DNA from: a virus
Virus genome (UHGV): UHGV-0323396
Reading direction: 5' to 3' (one strand)
DNA: 33,467 nt
Part shown: piece by piece, positions 14,773 to 24,323 of the stretch
Layout of the letters: the number at the start of each line of letters is the position of its first letter
Position numbering within the stretch: position 1 is the stretch's first letter
Program-made: the position numbers and the translations under genes
The notes under the pieces: model-generated
What the model was told of the DNA's origin: nothing
The model's database searches: none
The model's input: the letters and a program-made list of their open reading frames with translations, nothing else

Positions 14773-14946
14773 CTATTTATAAAATTCAATAGCAGATGAT
14801 TCTTCAACTTGTATATAATTATCTATTGAATCATTATCACCTAAATAAAGAACAGAAACATATAAATGTTCTTGTTTATCCTCATTAAATCTTGGCTCTT
14901 TCCAGTCAAATAAAAAGCCATCATTTGCTATATGTTTATTAATCAT
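14773..14946 (-). CDS. Small hypothetical protein (57 aa) between the tail fibre and the holin
   Basis: MINKHIANDGFLFDWKEPRFNEDKQEHLYVSVLYLGDNDSIDNYIQVEESSAIEFYK, with RBS AAAGGAAAA. Confidence 0.4.
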   Translation of the reverse strand: MINKHIANDGFLFDWKEPRFNEDKQEHLYVSVLYLGDNDSIDNYIQVEESSAIEFYK

Positions 14947-14984
14947 TTATAGTTTTCCTTTCTCATATCTCATATTCTTTTATA

Positions 14985-16691
14985 TTATCTAAAAGTTACA
15001 GTCCAGCCTTTGCTTGTTGCTATGGCTATTTCATCTTCTGTTAATAGCTGGCCTTGTTCTTTTTTGAATTTAATAGTACAGTTTTTAACTATTGGTAAAC
15101 TGTTTATAGTCTCTGCCATACTATCTCTGTTGTAATATGCCTCTGCTGGATTTACTGTGTATTCACCATCTGCCCAATTCTTGGCAGTATATTCACTTTG
15201 AAACCAACCAGCATAATTACTTAAATCTAATGTTTGTCCTTGCATTTGTGTATATATAGGGCTGCCATCTTCATTTGTTTTGAAAGTAAATCTTCTTAAA
15301 GAAGAACAGTAGTCAAAAGTATAATAGAACATATTAGTTGCTGAAGTATATCCATCTCCTATATCTAGATTTAACACTTCTTCTAGATTGTAACATTGAT
15401 AGAAAGCATTATAATAGAATTGATAGTAATACCCTAAATTCCCTTTAAAACAGTTATCTAATATGCTTCTAGGTATAGATTTAAGCTTATGGCAGTATGG
15501 GAACATATTATCAAGGACTGTTGCATTAGATATATCTAATGCAGGAACTTCTGTTATGATTTGACAATTATTAAATATATCACTTATATTAGTTGCACTT
15601 GAAGTATCTATTTTAGGTATAGCTTTTAACTTTTTACAGTAAGCAAACATTGACTCCATGTTAGTTATATGAGATGTTTCTAAGTCTGGTAAATGTTCTA
15701 CCTTGTCAGAATAATAAAACATATAAGGTATAGTAGTAGTACCAGTTACATCTATTGGAATGTTATTTTTATATATCCAGCTATGATTGTTACAAGCAAA
15801 AGCATATTGCCCATTTCCAGTTATCTTATAAGAGTCAAATGAAGGTAAATTACCTCCACCACCGGAGATAGCTTTTATATTTTCTGCCATCGTATTAAAA
15901 GTTGCATCTGCTGCTGTTTCAACTCCTTTGTCAGTAATAGCAGCAGCTATAGCAGTCTTTCCATTACTGACAGATTGAAAAAGGAAGTCTCTCTCTTCTT
16001 GAGTTAATCCTGCATCTCCTTTAGGACCTTGAGGACCAGTTTCTCCTCTATCTCCTTTGTCTCCTTTTGGTCCAGCAGGACCTATAGGACCTTGTTCACC
16101 ATTAATTCCGTCTCTACCAGCTGGACCTTGTTCTCCTTTAGGGCCAGCAACTCCTTGTGGCCCTCTCAGAGCCTCTAGCTGCTCTTGAGTAAAGTCATCA
16201 TAGGTAAATGCATCACCCTTTGGTCCTTGTGGGCCTTCTATGCCCTCTTCTAACATTTTATTAACTTCGTTTATTTTATCTGTTAAAGCAGAAAATTCAT
16301 TAGTAGATTCTATAGCTGAATCATCTATGATTGAATCTATAACATTATAAGTAAATGAAGCTGGGATTCTTACTTCATTATCAGATTGTATTCTAAGTTC
16401 GACCGTACAAGTTCCAGCAGCTGTTAAAGCTTGAGTAGGTAATTCAATATATAATATTCCTTGCTCTGCGTCTGCAACTTGCATAGAGCTATATATTTTT
16501 TTATCATCTGGTTTTTTGATATATACATCTATTGTTTTATTAGAAATATCAACTGATACTCCATCAGCATTTAACTTAACAGCTATTATAGAAGTATGTC
16601 TATCACTTTTATTGAAAGTTATTTGTGGAACTTTATTTTTTGAATCATTTATTAAATCTATAATTACATTGTATATTTTATCTAAACTCAT
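14985..16691 (-). CDS. Tail fibre / receptor-binding protein: BppU-like N-terminal domain, collagen-like Gly-X-Y tract, C-terminal BspA-type leucine-rich repeats
   Basis: 568 aa. GPQGPKGD...[52 protein letters not shown] is collagen-like. [55 protein letters not shown] is LRR_5/BspA-like. Confidence 0.7.
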   Translation of the reverse strand: MSLDKIYNVIIDLINDSKNKVPQITFNKSDRHTSIIAVKLNADGVSVDISNKTIDVYIKKPDDKKIYSSMQVADAEQGILYIELPTQALTAAGTCTVELRIQSDNEVRIPASFTYNVIDSIIDDSAIESTNEFSALTDKINEVNKMLEEGIEGPQGPKGDAFTYDDFTQEQLEALRGPQGVAGPKGEQGPAGRDGINGEQGPIGPAGPKGDKGDRGETGPQGPKGDAGLTQEERDFLFQSVSNGKTAIAAAITDKGVETAADATFNTMAENIKAISGGGGNLPSFDSYKITGNGQYAFACNNHSWIYKNNIPIDVTGTTTIPYMFYYSDKVEHLPDLETSHITNMESMFAYCKKLKAIPKIDTSSATNISDIFNNCQIITEVPALDISNATVLDNMFPYCHKLKSIPRSILDNCFKGNLGYYYQFYYNAFYQCYNLEEVLNLDIGDGYTSATNMFYYTFDYCSSLRRFTFKTNEDGSPIYTQMQGQTLDLSNYAGWFQSEYTAKNWADGEYTVNPAEAYYNRDSMAETINSLPIVKNCTIKFKKEQGQLLTEDEIAIATSKGWTVTFR

Positions 16692-16717
16692 GTTGTATGC
16701 TCCTTATCTGTTTATTT

Positions 16718-17101
16718 TTAATATCTTGGCATGTCCATAACTGGAACTGGATTAACTTGTATATTTCCAAGAGATGCTATAACATCAGAAAACACTTTAA
16801 CAGCCATATCTTTAAATTCTTCTCTTAATGGCTCTAATTCCATTATTGCACTTGCTGGATGTGCTTCTTCTGCAAGTCCCATAGTACATGCAAGAGCTGA
16901 AACTTCTGCATTAAAATCTCTATAAGCTATTAATATATTGTCTTTATGAACTTCATACAGATTAGGGTAGTTTATATTCATAAAAACATTTATATTGCTG
17001 CCTTTTGTTAGTACAGCATTAAAAGTTGCTATCTCTACATCATTTCCAGTTATGTTGTCTTGTAATTTATATCCTTTTGTAATATTTAAGTTATCAAACA
17101 T
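16718..17101 (-). CDS. Hypothetical tail/baseplate-associated protein
   Basis: 127 aa. No recognisable motif. Lies between Tal and the fibre. Confidence 0.4.
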   Translation of the reverse strand: MFDNLNITKGYKLQDNITGNDVEIATFNAVLTKGSNINVFMNINYPNLYEVHKDNILIAYRDFNAEVSALACTMGLAEEAHPASAIMELEPLREEFKDMAVKVFSDVIASLGNIQVNPVPVMDMPRY

Positions 17102-17143
17102 TTACTTCACCTCATTAATAATTTTTTGTATATAAAAAGAGAA

Positions 17144-17160
17144 TCTGACATTTTGTCAGA
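17144..17160 (-). terminator. Hairpin TCTGACA-ttt-TGTCAGA plus T-run, after the Tal gene
   Basis: Plus strand reads tctgacattttgtcaga. On the minus strand it is followed by TCTCTTTTT. Confidence 0.45.
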
Positions 17161-17170
17161 CTCCCTTAAT

Positions 17171-20100
17171 TTATTTAGTATAAGTTATTTCTATTTTTGG
17201 ATTAGCTTCGCATTTGAAGAAAGTAGCAGTATTATTTGCATCAGCTTTTAAATAGAAATATGTTATTGCTCCAGATGCTATTTTAGATATAATAGCAGAG
17301 CTTAAAGTTACCCAAACTCCTTGCCCTCTGTTTATAGTTGTACTGTTAGTTATTAAAGTTCCATCAGATGCATATAAACAAAGTTTTGAGCCAGTTGAGT
17401 TACCAGAGCTTGTTCTTCTTTGAACGTATAATCTTCCAGATAAATTCGTTCCACCAGATATTGCACTTCTAATAGCAGCCATACCATCTGTAAATTGCAT
17501 ATATCCAGTCCATCTACCAGTGTTCCAAGTTGATGCATAACCTTGTATAAGCTCTTGTCTATCACTCCATCCATTTAAAGTTTCATCTGACCAGATTTTA
17601 TTAAAACTCCAAGTTTGAGTTTTTTGTGTTGGAGTATAAGCTGGATTCCATCCACTAGAAGGAGTTTTTGTAAATGTACCACCAGTCCAGTTTTGTATTC
17701 TTCCAGCTCCATCATAATTGACAAGTAATCCACTTGAATAATCAGGTACGCTACTTGTTCCACCTCTTGCCATCATTACATGGCTGAAAGCATATTGACC
17801 AACAACATCTGTAATATTTGAGCCTCTACATCCATGTAACCATAATAAAGAGGAATGAACTCTAATGGCACAAAGTAATTGAGTGCTTAATCCACCTAAA
17901 TCACAACTATTTACAGCACAATAATTTGTATCTTGAATATATATGTTATTGCCATGAGTATTTACTCCTCTGAAAGTTACTCCATAAATATCTACATTCA
18001 CGCATCTATAAATGCTGATTCCATTTTTAAATGTTGCTTTTAGAGAGCCAGATTCATTAGTTATTCTTATACAGTTTGTAACTCCACCTAAAATAACATA
18101 ACCATTTATTACAGCACTATCTTGTAAACTAAAAGTAATTACACCAGTTCCAGTAACACCTTTTAAATTAAATCCTGGCACTGAATTATATACATAAATA
18201 GTAACACTTTGGTCCTGCTTATCTTTGATGTCATCTATTGCTCTTTGTACTGTTTTATATGGACTTGCTTGTGTTCCTGCATTGTTATCATTACCAGTTG
18301 AGCCATTAACATATATAAACTTTATATCTCCAGCTTTTGGTGATTTAGAACATACATTACCAGCATAAATTTCATTAGCAGTAATTATACCAGCAGATAA
18401 ATTAGGTATCCTAGAATTTTGAGAAAACTCTGCAACAGTACCACCTTTATTGTCCTCAACTCTGAATGATTCACTATCTATTTGAGTATAAGTAGATGAT
18501 GAAGTATTAGTAACAGTTATACCATCTTTATCTATTGTAGTTATACCAGTATAGACTTCATCAGAATTAGGAGTCCACATTATATCAGAGTAATTACCTT
18601 CTAAAAGAATTGGTTCTAACATCCAAATAACTGCACTATTTGGAGAACTACCTGTATATCTATCCATGTATACTCTTACTAATATGAATGATGCATTAGC
18701 ATGAGTTGTAAATGATTTTGTGATTTTAGTCCAATTTTTTCTATCTTTTCCACCACTTTTTTGAGTAATTTCAGTAGTTGTAATTGAAAGTCTATTATAG
18801 TTCGAATCATAACAAATCAACTCTAATCTCCCTTTAGTTGCTCTATGCATAGCAAATAAAGCACTAAATGTATATACTGTATTAGCATTGCATGATATAT
18901 ATTCACTATCAAACCCTGCTCTCATTATATTTGAACTATCTGAAGGAATATTTCTTACAGCTGTACAAATAGAATTCCTATTTGTAGGAGTATATGAACT
19001 TCCTATTTTTTCAACATAAGTTGAGCAAGTTCCACCACCTGAAGTATCCCATCTCATTGTTTTCCATTGATTTGTTCCATCTTTAAAAGCAGAATTTCTT
19101 AAAAGATTATAACCACCAGACTCTTCAAACTTGACTTCGAATTTATCAACTGTTTGTTGGACTTGAGATGCAGTCTGATAGCCTTTAGAAGTTATAGCTC
19201 CTTCTGTCTCTGATTTAGTATAAAAATTCTTTTTAACTGTGTTAGTTATAGCATCTTCTGTTATTTTAGACTCTGCTGTAGACACCCTACTCTCTAAAGA
19301 TGAAACTTTTCCATCTGTTTTAGTTTGTTTTGTTTCAATATTTGAAACTCTTGAAGTTATTCCAGATAAATCAGTTTCTATACTTGAAACTTTAGAATTC
19401 GTTTTAGATATTTCAGTTTTATTTGTATCTGCTTGAGCTTTTGCAGCATCTGCTGTAGTTTTAGCAGTATTTGCAGTATTGTTAGCAGTTGTTGCTGTAG
19501 ATTTAGCTGAATCAACTTTAGTAGTTAAAGTAGCAGTAGTAGATTCTGTAGAACTTACTCTTTGAGTTATTCCTTGTAAATTAACATCTAAAGTTGCTAC
19601 GTTGTCTTTTACAGTAGTTACTTCGCCTTGTAAAGCTGTTATATTTCCTTTATTTTCATTAGCTGTATTTTGGGCATTATTTGCAACAGATTGAGCTTTT
19701 GATGCTACTGTGCTTGCAGAATTTGCCTTATTTAGAGCATCTGTAGCAGTAGAGCTTATAGAAGTCGTTGTAGTTTCTAAAGAGCTTACTTTACCAGATA
19801 TACCATTTACAGAAGTCTCAAGAGAGCCAACTTTATTTGATAGCGTAGATACAGTTGAGCCATCTGCTTTATTTTCTACTGTAGTTGTTAAATTAGATAC
19901 GTTTTGTCTTATTTTATCTGTTGTAACTTTTATTTCAGCTTTAGCAGCATTAACTTTTGTATCTATCTTTCCTTCAACTTCTGATTTAGCTTTATCTATG
20001 TCTGTTTGCTCTACTTTTAAAGCTATTTGCTCTTTATTTAAAGCAATATCAGCTGTATTCTTATTTAATTGTGTTTCTATTCCTTCTTTATCTGATTGAT

Positions 20101-22327
20101 AAGTTTGAGAATCAACTTTTAGATTAATAGCAGATTCATTTGCTGCTATTTTTGAAGAATGCTCAGATATTTTATTTCCTTGAGCAGTTTGAGTTGTAGT
20201 TATATTTGATAATTTAGCAGATAAGCTTGTACCTTCTATGTCTATTTTAGTTCCGTGAATAGATTCAGAGCCATCTTCGTTGATTCTAGTTATAACAGAG
20301 TTAATATTTAACTTAGCTCCATCTATATTTGCATCTGGATTAATTTTATCATTAGTTATAGCTCCATCAGTAATCCCTGCATTAGTTACACCATTTTCAT
20401 CCATTATAACTGTCTTTCCATCTGCTCCCCTAACTAATAAACCATATTGAGAGCCATCTCCTCTAACATCTCCAAGAGATACTCTTTCAACTTGATTAGA
20501 GCCTACTCCATTAAAGACTTGTAATCTATTACCAGACATTTTTAAATTACTATTAGGACCAGCAACAGTTACTCTTGATGTATCTATAGTTCCTGCATTT
20601 ATTTTAGAAGCATCAAGTGATGATATTTGAGCAGAGCCTATAGCTCCATCTGCAATAACACCAGAGCCAGCAGTTATTGTTCCAGATGCTAATTCATTTG
20701 ATGTTATTGAGCCACTTTGGATATTGTCAGCAGTTATGTTTCCAGCTAAAAGTGTATCTATTTCAGCTACATCTGCTTTTAAATTATTTATAGTAGCATT
20801 AGTAGCTTCTAAATCTACGATGTCAGCTTTTATAGCTTCTAAGTTTGATATTGATGCATTAATAGCGTTTAAATCTTGTATATTGGCTTTCTCAGCCACT
20901 AGATTCTCTATAGTAGCATCTTTAGATTTTAAACTTTCTATCTCAGTTGTAGTAGCTTTTAGATTATTTATAACAGCATTTTCTATTTCAGCATCCTTAG
21001 CTTTTAAGTTTTCTATTGATGCATTAATAGCATTTAAGTCTTTTATATCTGCCTTATCAGCTATTAAATCTTCAACTTCTGCTTTTGCAGCTATAATAAC
21101 ATCTGTTTTTATAGTGTGAAGATATTGTGTATCTATTTTTCCTTCTGTTATAGCTCCATCTTGAATTTGTTCAGAGCCTATAGGGAATTTACCATCTATA
21201 ATTGCTTGAATTGTATCACGTGATAATATTCCAGACTTAACTTCTTTAAAATTTGTTAAGATACATTTATTTTGTCTATAGTCTGTAAATGAAAGCTCTA
21301 ATCTGCCTATTCTAGCTGTTAAATGTAAGGCTGGAATATAATCATTGTCTATTACTTTTACAGTATCACCTATATTTATTTCATCATCATAACCTTGTAA
21401 CATTTCAACTTGGATGTCATAAGTCATTTTAGGCTGCTTTCTTCTTTGAAGTTCGTTCCATGTTAAAGTTAAAAGCTCGTGTGGTGATTCAGTTTGAGCT
21501 GTATATATTCCCATAAGATAAGAGCCATTATTATTCCATATCTTGTGAGCCTCAGCATCTACTATAAAATCTTGATTTAATGGTTTTAATGCTGGCATAT
21601 CAGCTCCCCATTCAACAGATTTAAAGTCTATATTGTCTTTTCCTATCCCTACCATAGCTGTGCAAAGCTCTGACATATCAACTTGTTTAGAAACACCAGA
21701 GATATTTTCTCCATATTCGAATCTAAAGCCAGTGTCTCTACCTCTGCTTTTGTAAACGTCTATATACATTCCAGAGATTCTATTTCCAGTCATCTCAAAT
21801 CTGTACTCTATTTCCATGTCAAAAGTGCTTAGATGCTCTTGTATTAAACTATATACATTTGTAGCTCTTTCAATTTTTATATTAGAAGATAAAATAAGAG
21901 CAGCATCAACTATTCCTAATCTCCAATCTGTATCAGCTAAAGCTATTTCAAAGAATTGTCTAACATTAGCAGATGGAATTTCTCTTTCTCTAATAGGATT
22001 ATTTATTAATTCAAGTCCAGCTATTTCACAATAGCAGTATTTATACAGAGCTTCGTGATGCTCGTCTTCTGTTCTCATGATTTGAAACATCTTTATTTTA
22101 TTTTTAAATTTAAAAGCAACATAATTGCCACCCACAGCATATTTGCTTGTTCTTTCATTTGATACAGTTGTAAATTCGAACGTTTCAGCTCCAGTCGCTA
22201 AATCTTGAACGTATTTATCATCAAAAAAAGGAGACTGAGGAGAGTCTCCATTATTACTTAAAACATCTACAACTGTTTTTGACTTATCTAATATAAAAAT
22301 CGAATTTATCATATGTTTTATAGCCAC
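17171..22327 (-). CDS. Tail-associated protein (Tal-like N-terminus) fused to a long coiled-coil fibre, a CBM-like domain, a pectate-lyase-like right-handed beta-helix and a C-terminal domain
   Basis: 1718 aa. N-terminus MAIKHMINSIFILDKSKTVVDVLSNNGDSPQSPFFDD.. is Tal/prophage-tail-like. About 58-aa coiled-coil repeats (DLNAINASIENL..). NLLRNSAFKDGTNQWKT... is CBM-like. IYVNGSTGNDNNAGTQASPYKTVQRAIDD plus rungs such as VTIYVYN, NCIRITN and ISIYRCVNVDIYGVTFRG are beta-helix hallmarks. Confidence 0.75.
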   Translation of the reverse strand: MAIKHMINSIFILDKSKTVVDVLSNNGDSPQSPFFDDKYVQDLATGAETFEFTTVSNERTSKYAVGGNYVAFKFKNKIKMFQIMRTEDEHHEALYKYCYCEIAGLELINNPIREREIPSANVRQFFEIALADTDWRLGIVDAALILSSNIKIERATNVYSLIQEHLSTFDMEIEYRFEMTGNRISGMYIDVYKSRGRDTGFRFEYGENISGVSKQVDMSELCTAMVGIGKDNIDFKSVEWGADMPALKPLNQDFIVDAEAHKIWNNNGSYLMGIYTAQTESPHELLTLTWNELQRRKQPKMTYDIQVEMLQGYDDEINIGDTVKVIDNDYIPALHLTARIGRLELSFTDYRQNKCILTNFKEVKSGILSRDTIQAIIDGKFPIGSEQIQDGAITEGKIDTQYLHTIKTDVIIAAKAEVEDLIADKADIKDLNAINASIENLKAKDAEIENAVINNLKATTTEIESLKSKDATIENLVAEKANIQDLNAINASISNLEAIKADIVDLEATNATINNLKADVAEIDTLLAGNITADNIQSGSITSNELASGTITAGSGVIADGAIGSAQISSLDASKINAGTIDTSRVTVAGPNSNLKMSGNRLQVFNGVGSNQVERVSLGDVRGDGSQYGLLVRGADGKTVIMDENGVTNAGITDGAITNDKINPDANIDGAKLNINSVITRINEDGSESIHGTKIDIEGTSLSAKLSNITTTQTAQGNKISEHSSKIAANESAINLKVDSQTYQSDKEGIETQLNKNTADIALNKEQIALKVEQTDIDKAKSEVEGKIDTKVNAAKAEIKVTTDKIRQNVSNLTTTVENKADGSTVSTLSNKVGSLETSVNGISGKVSSLETTTTSISSTATDALNKANSASTVASKAQSVANNAQNTANENKGNITALQGEVTTVKDNVATLDVNLQGITQRVSSTESTTATLTTKVDSAKSTATTANNTANTAKTTADAAKAQADTNKTEISKTNSKVSSIETDLSGITSRVSNIETKQTKTDGKVSSLESRVSTAESKITEDAITNTVKKNFYTKSETEGAITSKGYQTASQVQQTVDKFEVKFEESGGYNLLRNSAFKDGTNQWKTMRWDTSGGGTCSTYVEKIGSSYTPTNRNSICTAVRNIPSDSSNIMRAGFDSEYISCNANTVYTFSALFAMHRATKGRLELICYDSNYNRLSITTTEITQKSGGKDRKNWTKITKSFTTHANASFILVRVYMDRYTGSSPNSAVIWMLEPILLEGNYSDIMWTPNSDEVYTGITTIDKDGITVTNTSSSTYTQIDSESFRVEDNKGGTVAEFSQNSRIPNLSAGIITANEIYAGNVCSKSPKAGDIKFIYVNGSTGNDNNAGTQASPYKTVQRAIDDIKDKQDQSVTIYVYNSVPGFNLKGVTGTGVITFSLQDSAVINGYVILGGVTNCIRITNESGSLKATFKNGISIYRCVNVDIYGVTFRGVNTHGNNIYIQDTNYCAVNSCDLGGLSTQLLCAIRVHSSLLWLHGCRGSNITDVVGQYAFSHVMMARGGTSSVPDYSSGLLVNYDGAGRIQNWTGGTFTKTPSSGWNPAYTPTQKTQTWSFNKIWSDETLNGWSDRQELIQGYASTWNTGRWTGYMQFTDGMAAIRSAISGGTNLSGRLYVQRRTSSGNSTGSKLCLYASDGTLITNSTTINRGQGVWVTLSSAIISKIASGAITYFYLKADANNTATFFKCEANPKIEITYTK
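20740..21110 (-). repeat. Imperfect tandem DNA repeats encoding the coiled-coil units of Tal
   Basis: ttaatagcgtttaaatcttgtatattggc.. and ttaatagcatttaagtcttttatatctgcc.. Protein repeats are KADIKDLNAINASIENL... and KANIQDLNAINASISNL... Confidence 0.5.
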
Positions 22328-24321
22328 CTTTCAGTTAATGTTACAGATGAAGTTATTTCATTATCATCTGATATGATTCTGTAATTTGTATCACCTACTG
22401 GAATATTAAAGAATGAAGAGCCAATGTCTACATGTTGCATATAAGGCTCATTATTTAAAAGCACTTTATTTTCTTTACAGTCAATGATTAACTCATCTCC
22501 TGCTTTGAAAATATTCACATTTTGTTCCGTAGTGATTTTATTTAAAGATTTAATTTGTAGGTGAGTTAGTGTCATATCAACTGTTGGCTTATCTTGATAA
22601 GCTCCTATATATAAAACAACGTGATTAAGGCTGCCTTTTGGGTAATTATCAGCAACTAGATTTGATGATTTTAAAGTAGCAGTAACAGCTCCATTAACTA
22701 TTTTATTAACTTCGCAATACCATTGCTGCTTTCCATTGACTGTTTCTCTTTTGATTCTTATATTTCCATAGAATTCGTTCCATCTTCCAAACTTTCCAGA
22801 TAAGTCAGTTACAGTAATATTTTCACCTTTATCATTCTTTTCTGTATGAGTCTTTGGAGCTGGAACGTTGTCAGTATCTTTTAATACTATGTTATTTCCT
22901 ATTTGAACTTCTGGATGTGTATATTCATAATAGAAATTTGCATCTCTTAAAGATAATTTAAAAAGCTTTTGATTGTTAGAATCGAAGCCATAAAGCTCAA
23001 TCATTCCAAGCTTATCATCAGCAGTTTCTTCTGTTCTTGGATTTATGTCTGACACTTGTCTGACTGACTTAACAGCTGTTAAATACTTTGTTGAGCAATA
23101 TCCAGATTTACCATTGTATGTTACAGCTGCCCATCCATTTTTTATATCTGTAGCTTTTACAGCTGTTTCTTTTGGAATTGTTAAAAGAATTTTTCCGGAA
23201 GTGCTTCTTGAGCTTCTTAAATTTAGATTTGCTGTAGTTTTATGAGTATTAGATGAACTCGATGTGTTGACTTGTTTTAAATATTGCATAGAGCAATAAC
23301 CAGTCTTGCTATTATAAGTTACTTTTCCCCAACCTCCAGATATATCTGTTACAGATATTTTAGTTCCTTTTGGCATCGTTGTTAAAACTTTATGATTTGT
23401 ACCTCTTCCAGCTCGTACATTTAAACCAGAGCTTGGAGTTACTTCATATTTAATCCCATTTGAATCAGTTGATGAAGGAGTGTTGGCTGCATTAGAAACA
23501 TTTTTACCTTTTGAATCATGTTCAAAAGTTGCTATTACTTCAAAATCTGAAAGGTTAGAGCCAATGTTTCTTCTAAAAGCTGGACCATGCCATTTTTGGT
23601 CGTTCGTCGTTCCAAAGTTACTTGCTTTAATAGCGTATCCACCAGAGTTTATTGTGATTGCTCCTTCAACTATTCTGTCAGAGTCTACTACATTTCCAGC
23701 AGCAAGCCAGTTTGTAGTTGTTTCACACGTTTCATTTAGATTAATTGTTTTTTCTTGAGCTGTATTATTTCCAGCCATAGGGTATTTTCCAACTAAAACA
23801 GATTTACTTGAGCTTTCATCTGAAACTTGAACAAATGCAGCTGGCTTTGTAAAATTTGCTTTTATAATTGGATATGTTTCTGTTGTTCCTTCGTTTGTTA
23901 CAGTTACTCTATTTGTACCGGTGAACATTTTATATTCATCGGAATAGGCCATAGGGTCATAACAAATTAATGTTACTTCCCCTTTTCCTACTCCTGCTGC
24001 TATTTCAGATAATTCTATTTCTCCATCTGGAACAGCATAATAATATTTTGATTCATCTCCAAGATATAATCTAGAAGGAGCATCAACATCAAATGCAGCT
24101 GCAATGTCATTTACATGTTGAGCATATTCATATGGATTCTCTGGTCGAACTAAGAAAGTTATTTTAATCTTTCTAGTGCCATATTTAAATCCGTTGTATA
24201 TTTGCCCTTGTCTAGAAAATATATCAATAGATACGTTCTCTCTTGAAGGTAACAAAGAAGTTTCATGAGTTATTACATGAAATAAATCAGAGAGAATTAT
24301 TCCAGCATATTTAACATACAT
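22318..24321 (-). CDS. Distal tail protein (Dit) with two inserted SH3b-type domains (evolved Dit)
   Basis: 667 aa. The N-terminus is siphovirus Dit-like. Two copies of ..GLNVRAGRGTNHKVLTTMPKGTKISVTDISGGWGKVTYNSKTGYCSMQYL.. and ..LNLRSSRSTSGKILLTIPKETAVKATDIKNGWAAVTYNGKSGYCSTKYL.. are bacterial SH3 domains. Overlaps the Tal start by 10 nt. Confidence 0.7.
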   Translation of the reverse strand: MYVKYAGIILSDLFHVITHETSLLPSRENVSIDIFSRQGQIYNGFKYGTRKIKITFLVRPENPYEYAQHVNDIAAAFDVDAPSRLYLGDESKYYYAVPDGEIELSEIAAGVGKGEVTLICYDPMAYSDEYKMFTGTNRVTVTNEGTTETYPIIKANFTKPAAFVQVSDESSSKSVLVGKYPMAGNNTAQEKTINLNETCETTTNWLAAGNVVDSDRIVEGAITINSGGYAIKASNFGTTNDQKWHGPAFRRNIGSNLSDFEVIATFEHDSKGKNVSNAANTPSSTDSNGIKYEVTPSSGLNVRAGRGTNHKVLTTMPKGTKISVTDISGGWGKVTYNSKTGYCSMQYLKQVNTSSSSNTHKTTANLNLRSSRSTSGKILLTIPKETAVKATDIKNGWAAVTYNGKSGYCSTKYLTAVKSVRQVSDINPRTEETADDKLGMIELYGFDSNNQKLFKLSLRDANFYYEYTHPEVQIGNNIVLKDTDNVPAPKTHTEKNDKGENITVTDLSGKFGRWNEFYGNIRIKRETVNGKQQWYCEVNKIVNGAVTATLKSSNLVADNYPKGSLNHVVLYIGAYQDKPTVDMTLTHLQIKSLNKITTEQNVNIFKAGDELIIDCKENKVLLNNEPYMQHVDIGSSFFNIPVGDTNYRIISDDNEITSSVTLTERWL

Positions 24322-24323
24322 TC

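Noticed and set aside
14773-14946. An XkdX-family assignment for the 57-aa ORF after the fibre gene.
   Set aside because: Position fits, but no sequence resemblance to XkdX could be seen by eye, so it is left as hypothetical.
15960-21110. A CRISPR-like array or other spacer-repeat structure, suggested by DNA periodicity.
   Set aside because: The periodicity is in-frame Gly-X-Y collagen codons (fibre gene) and coiled-coil protein repeats (Tal, tape measure). There are no identical repeats separated by unique spacers.
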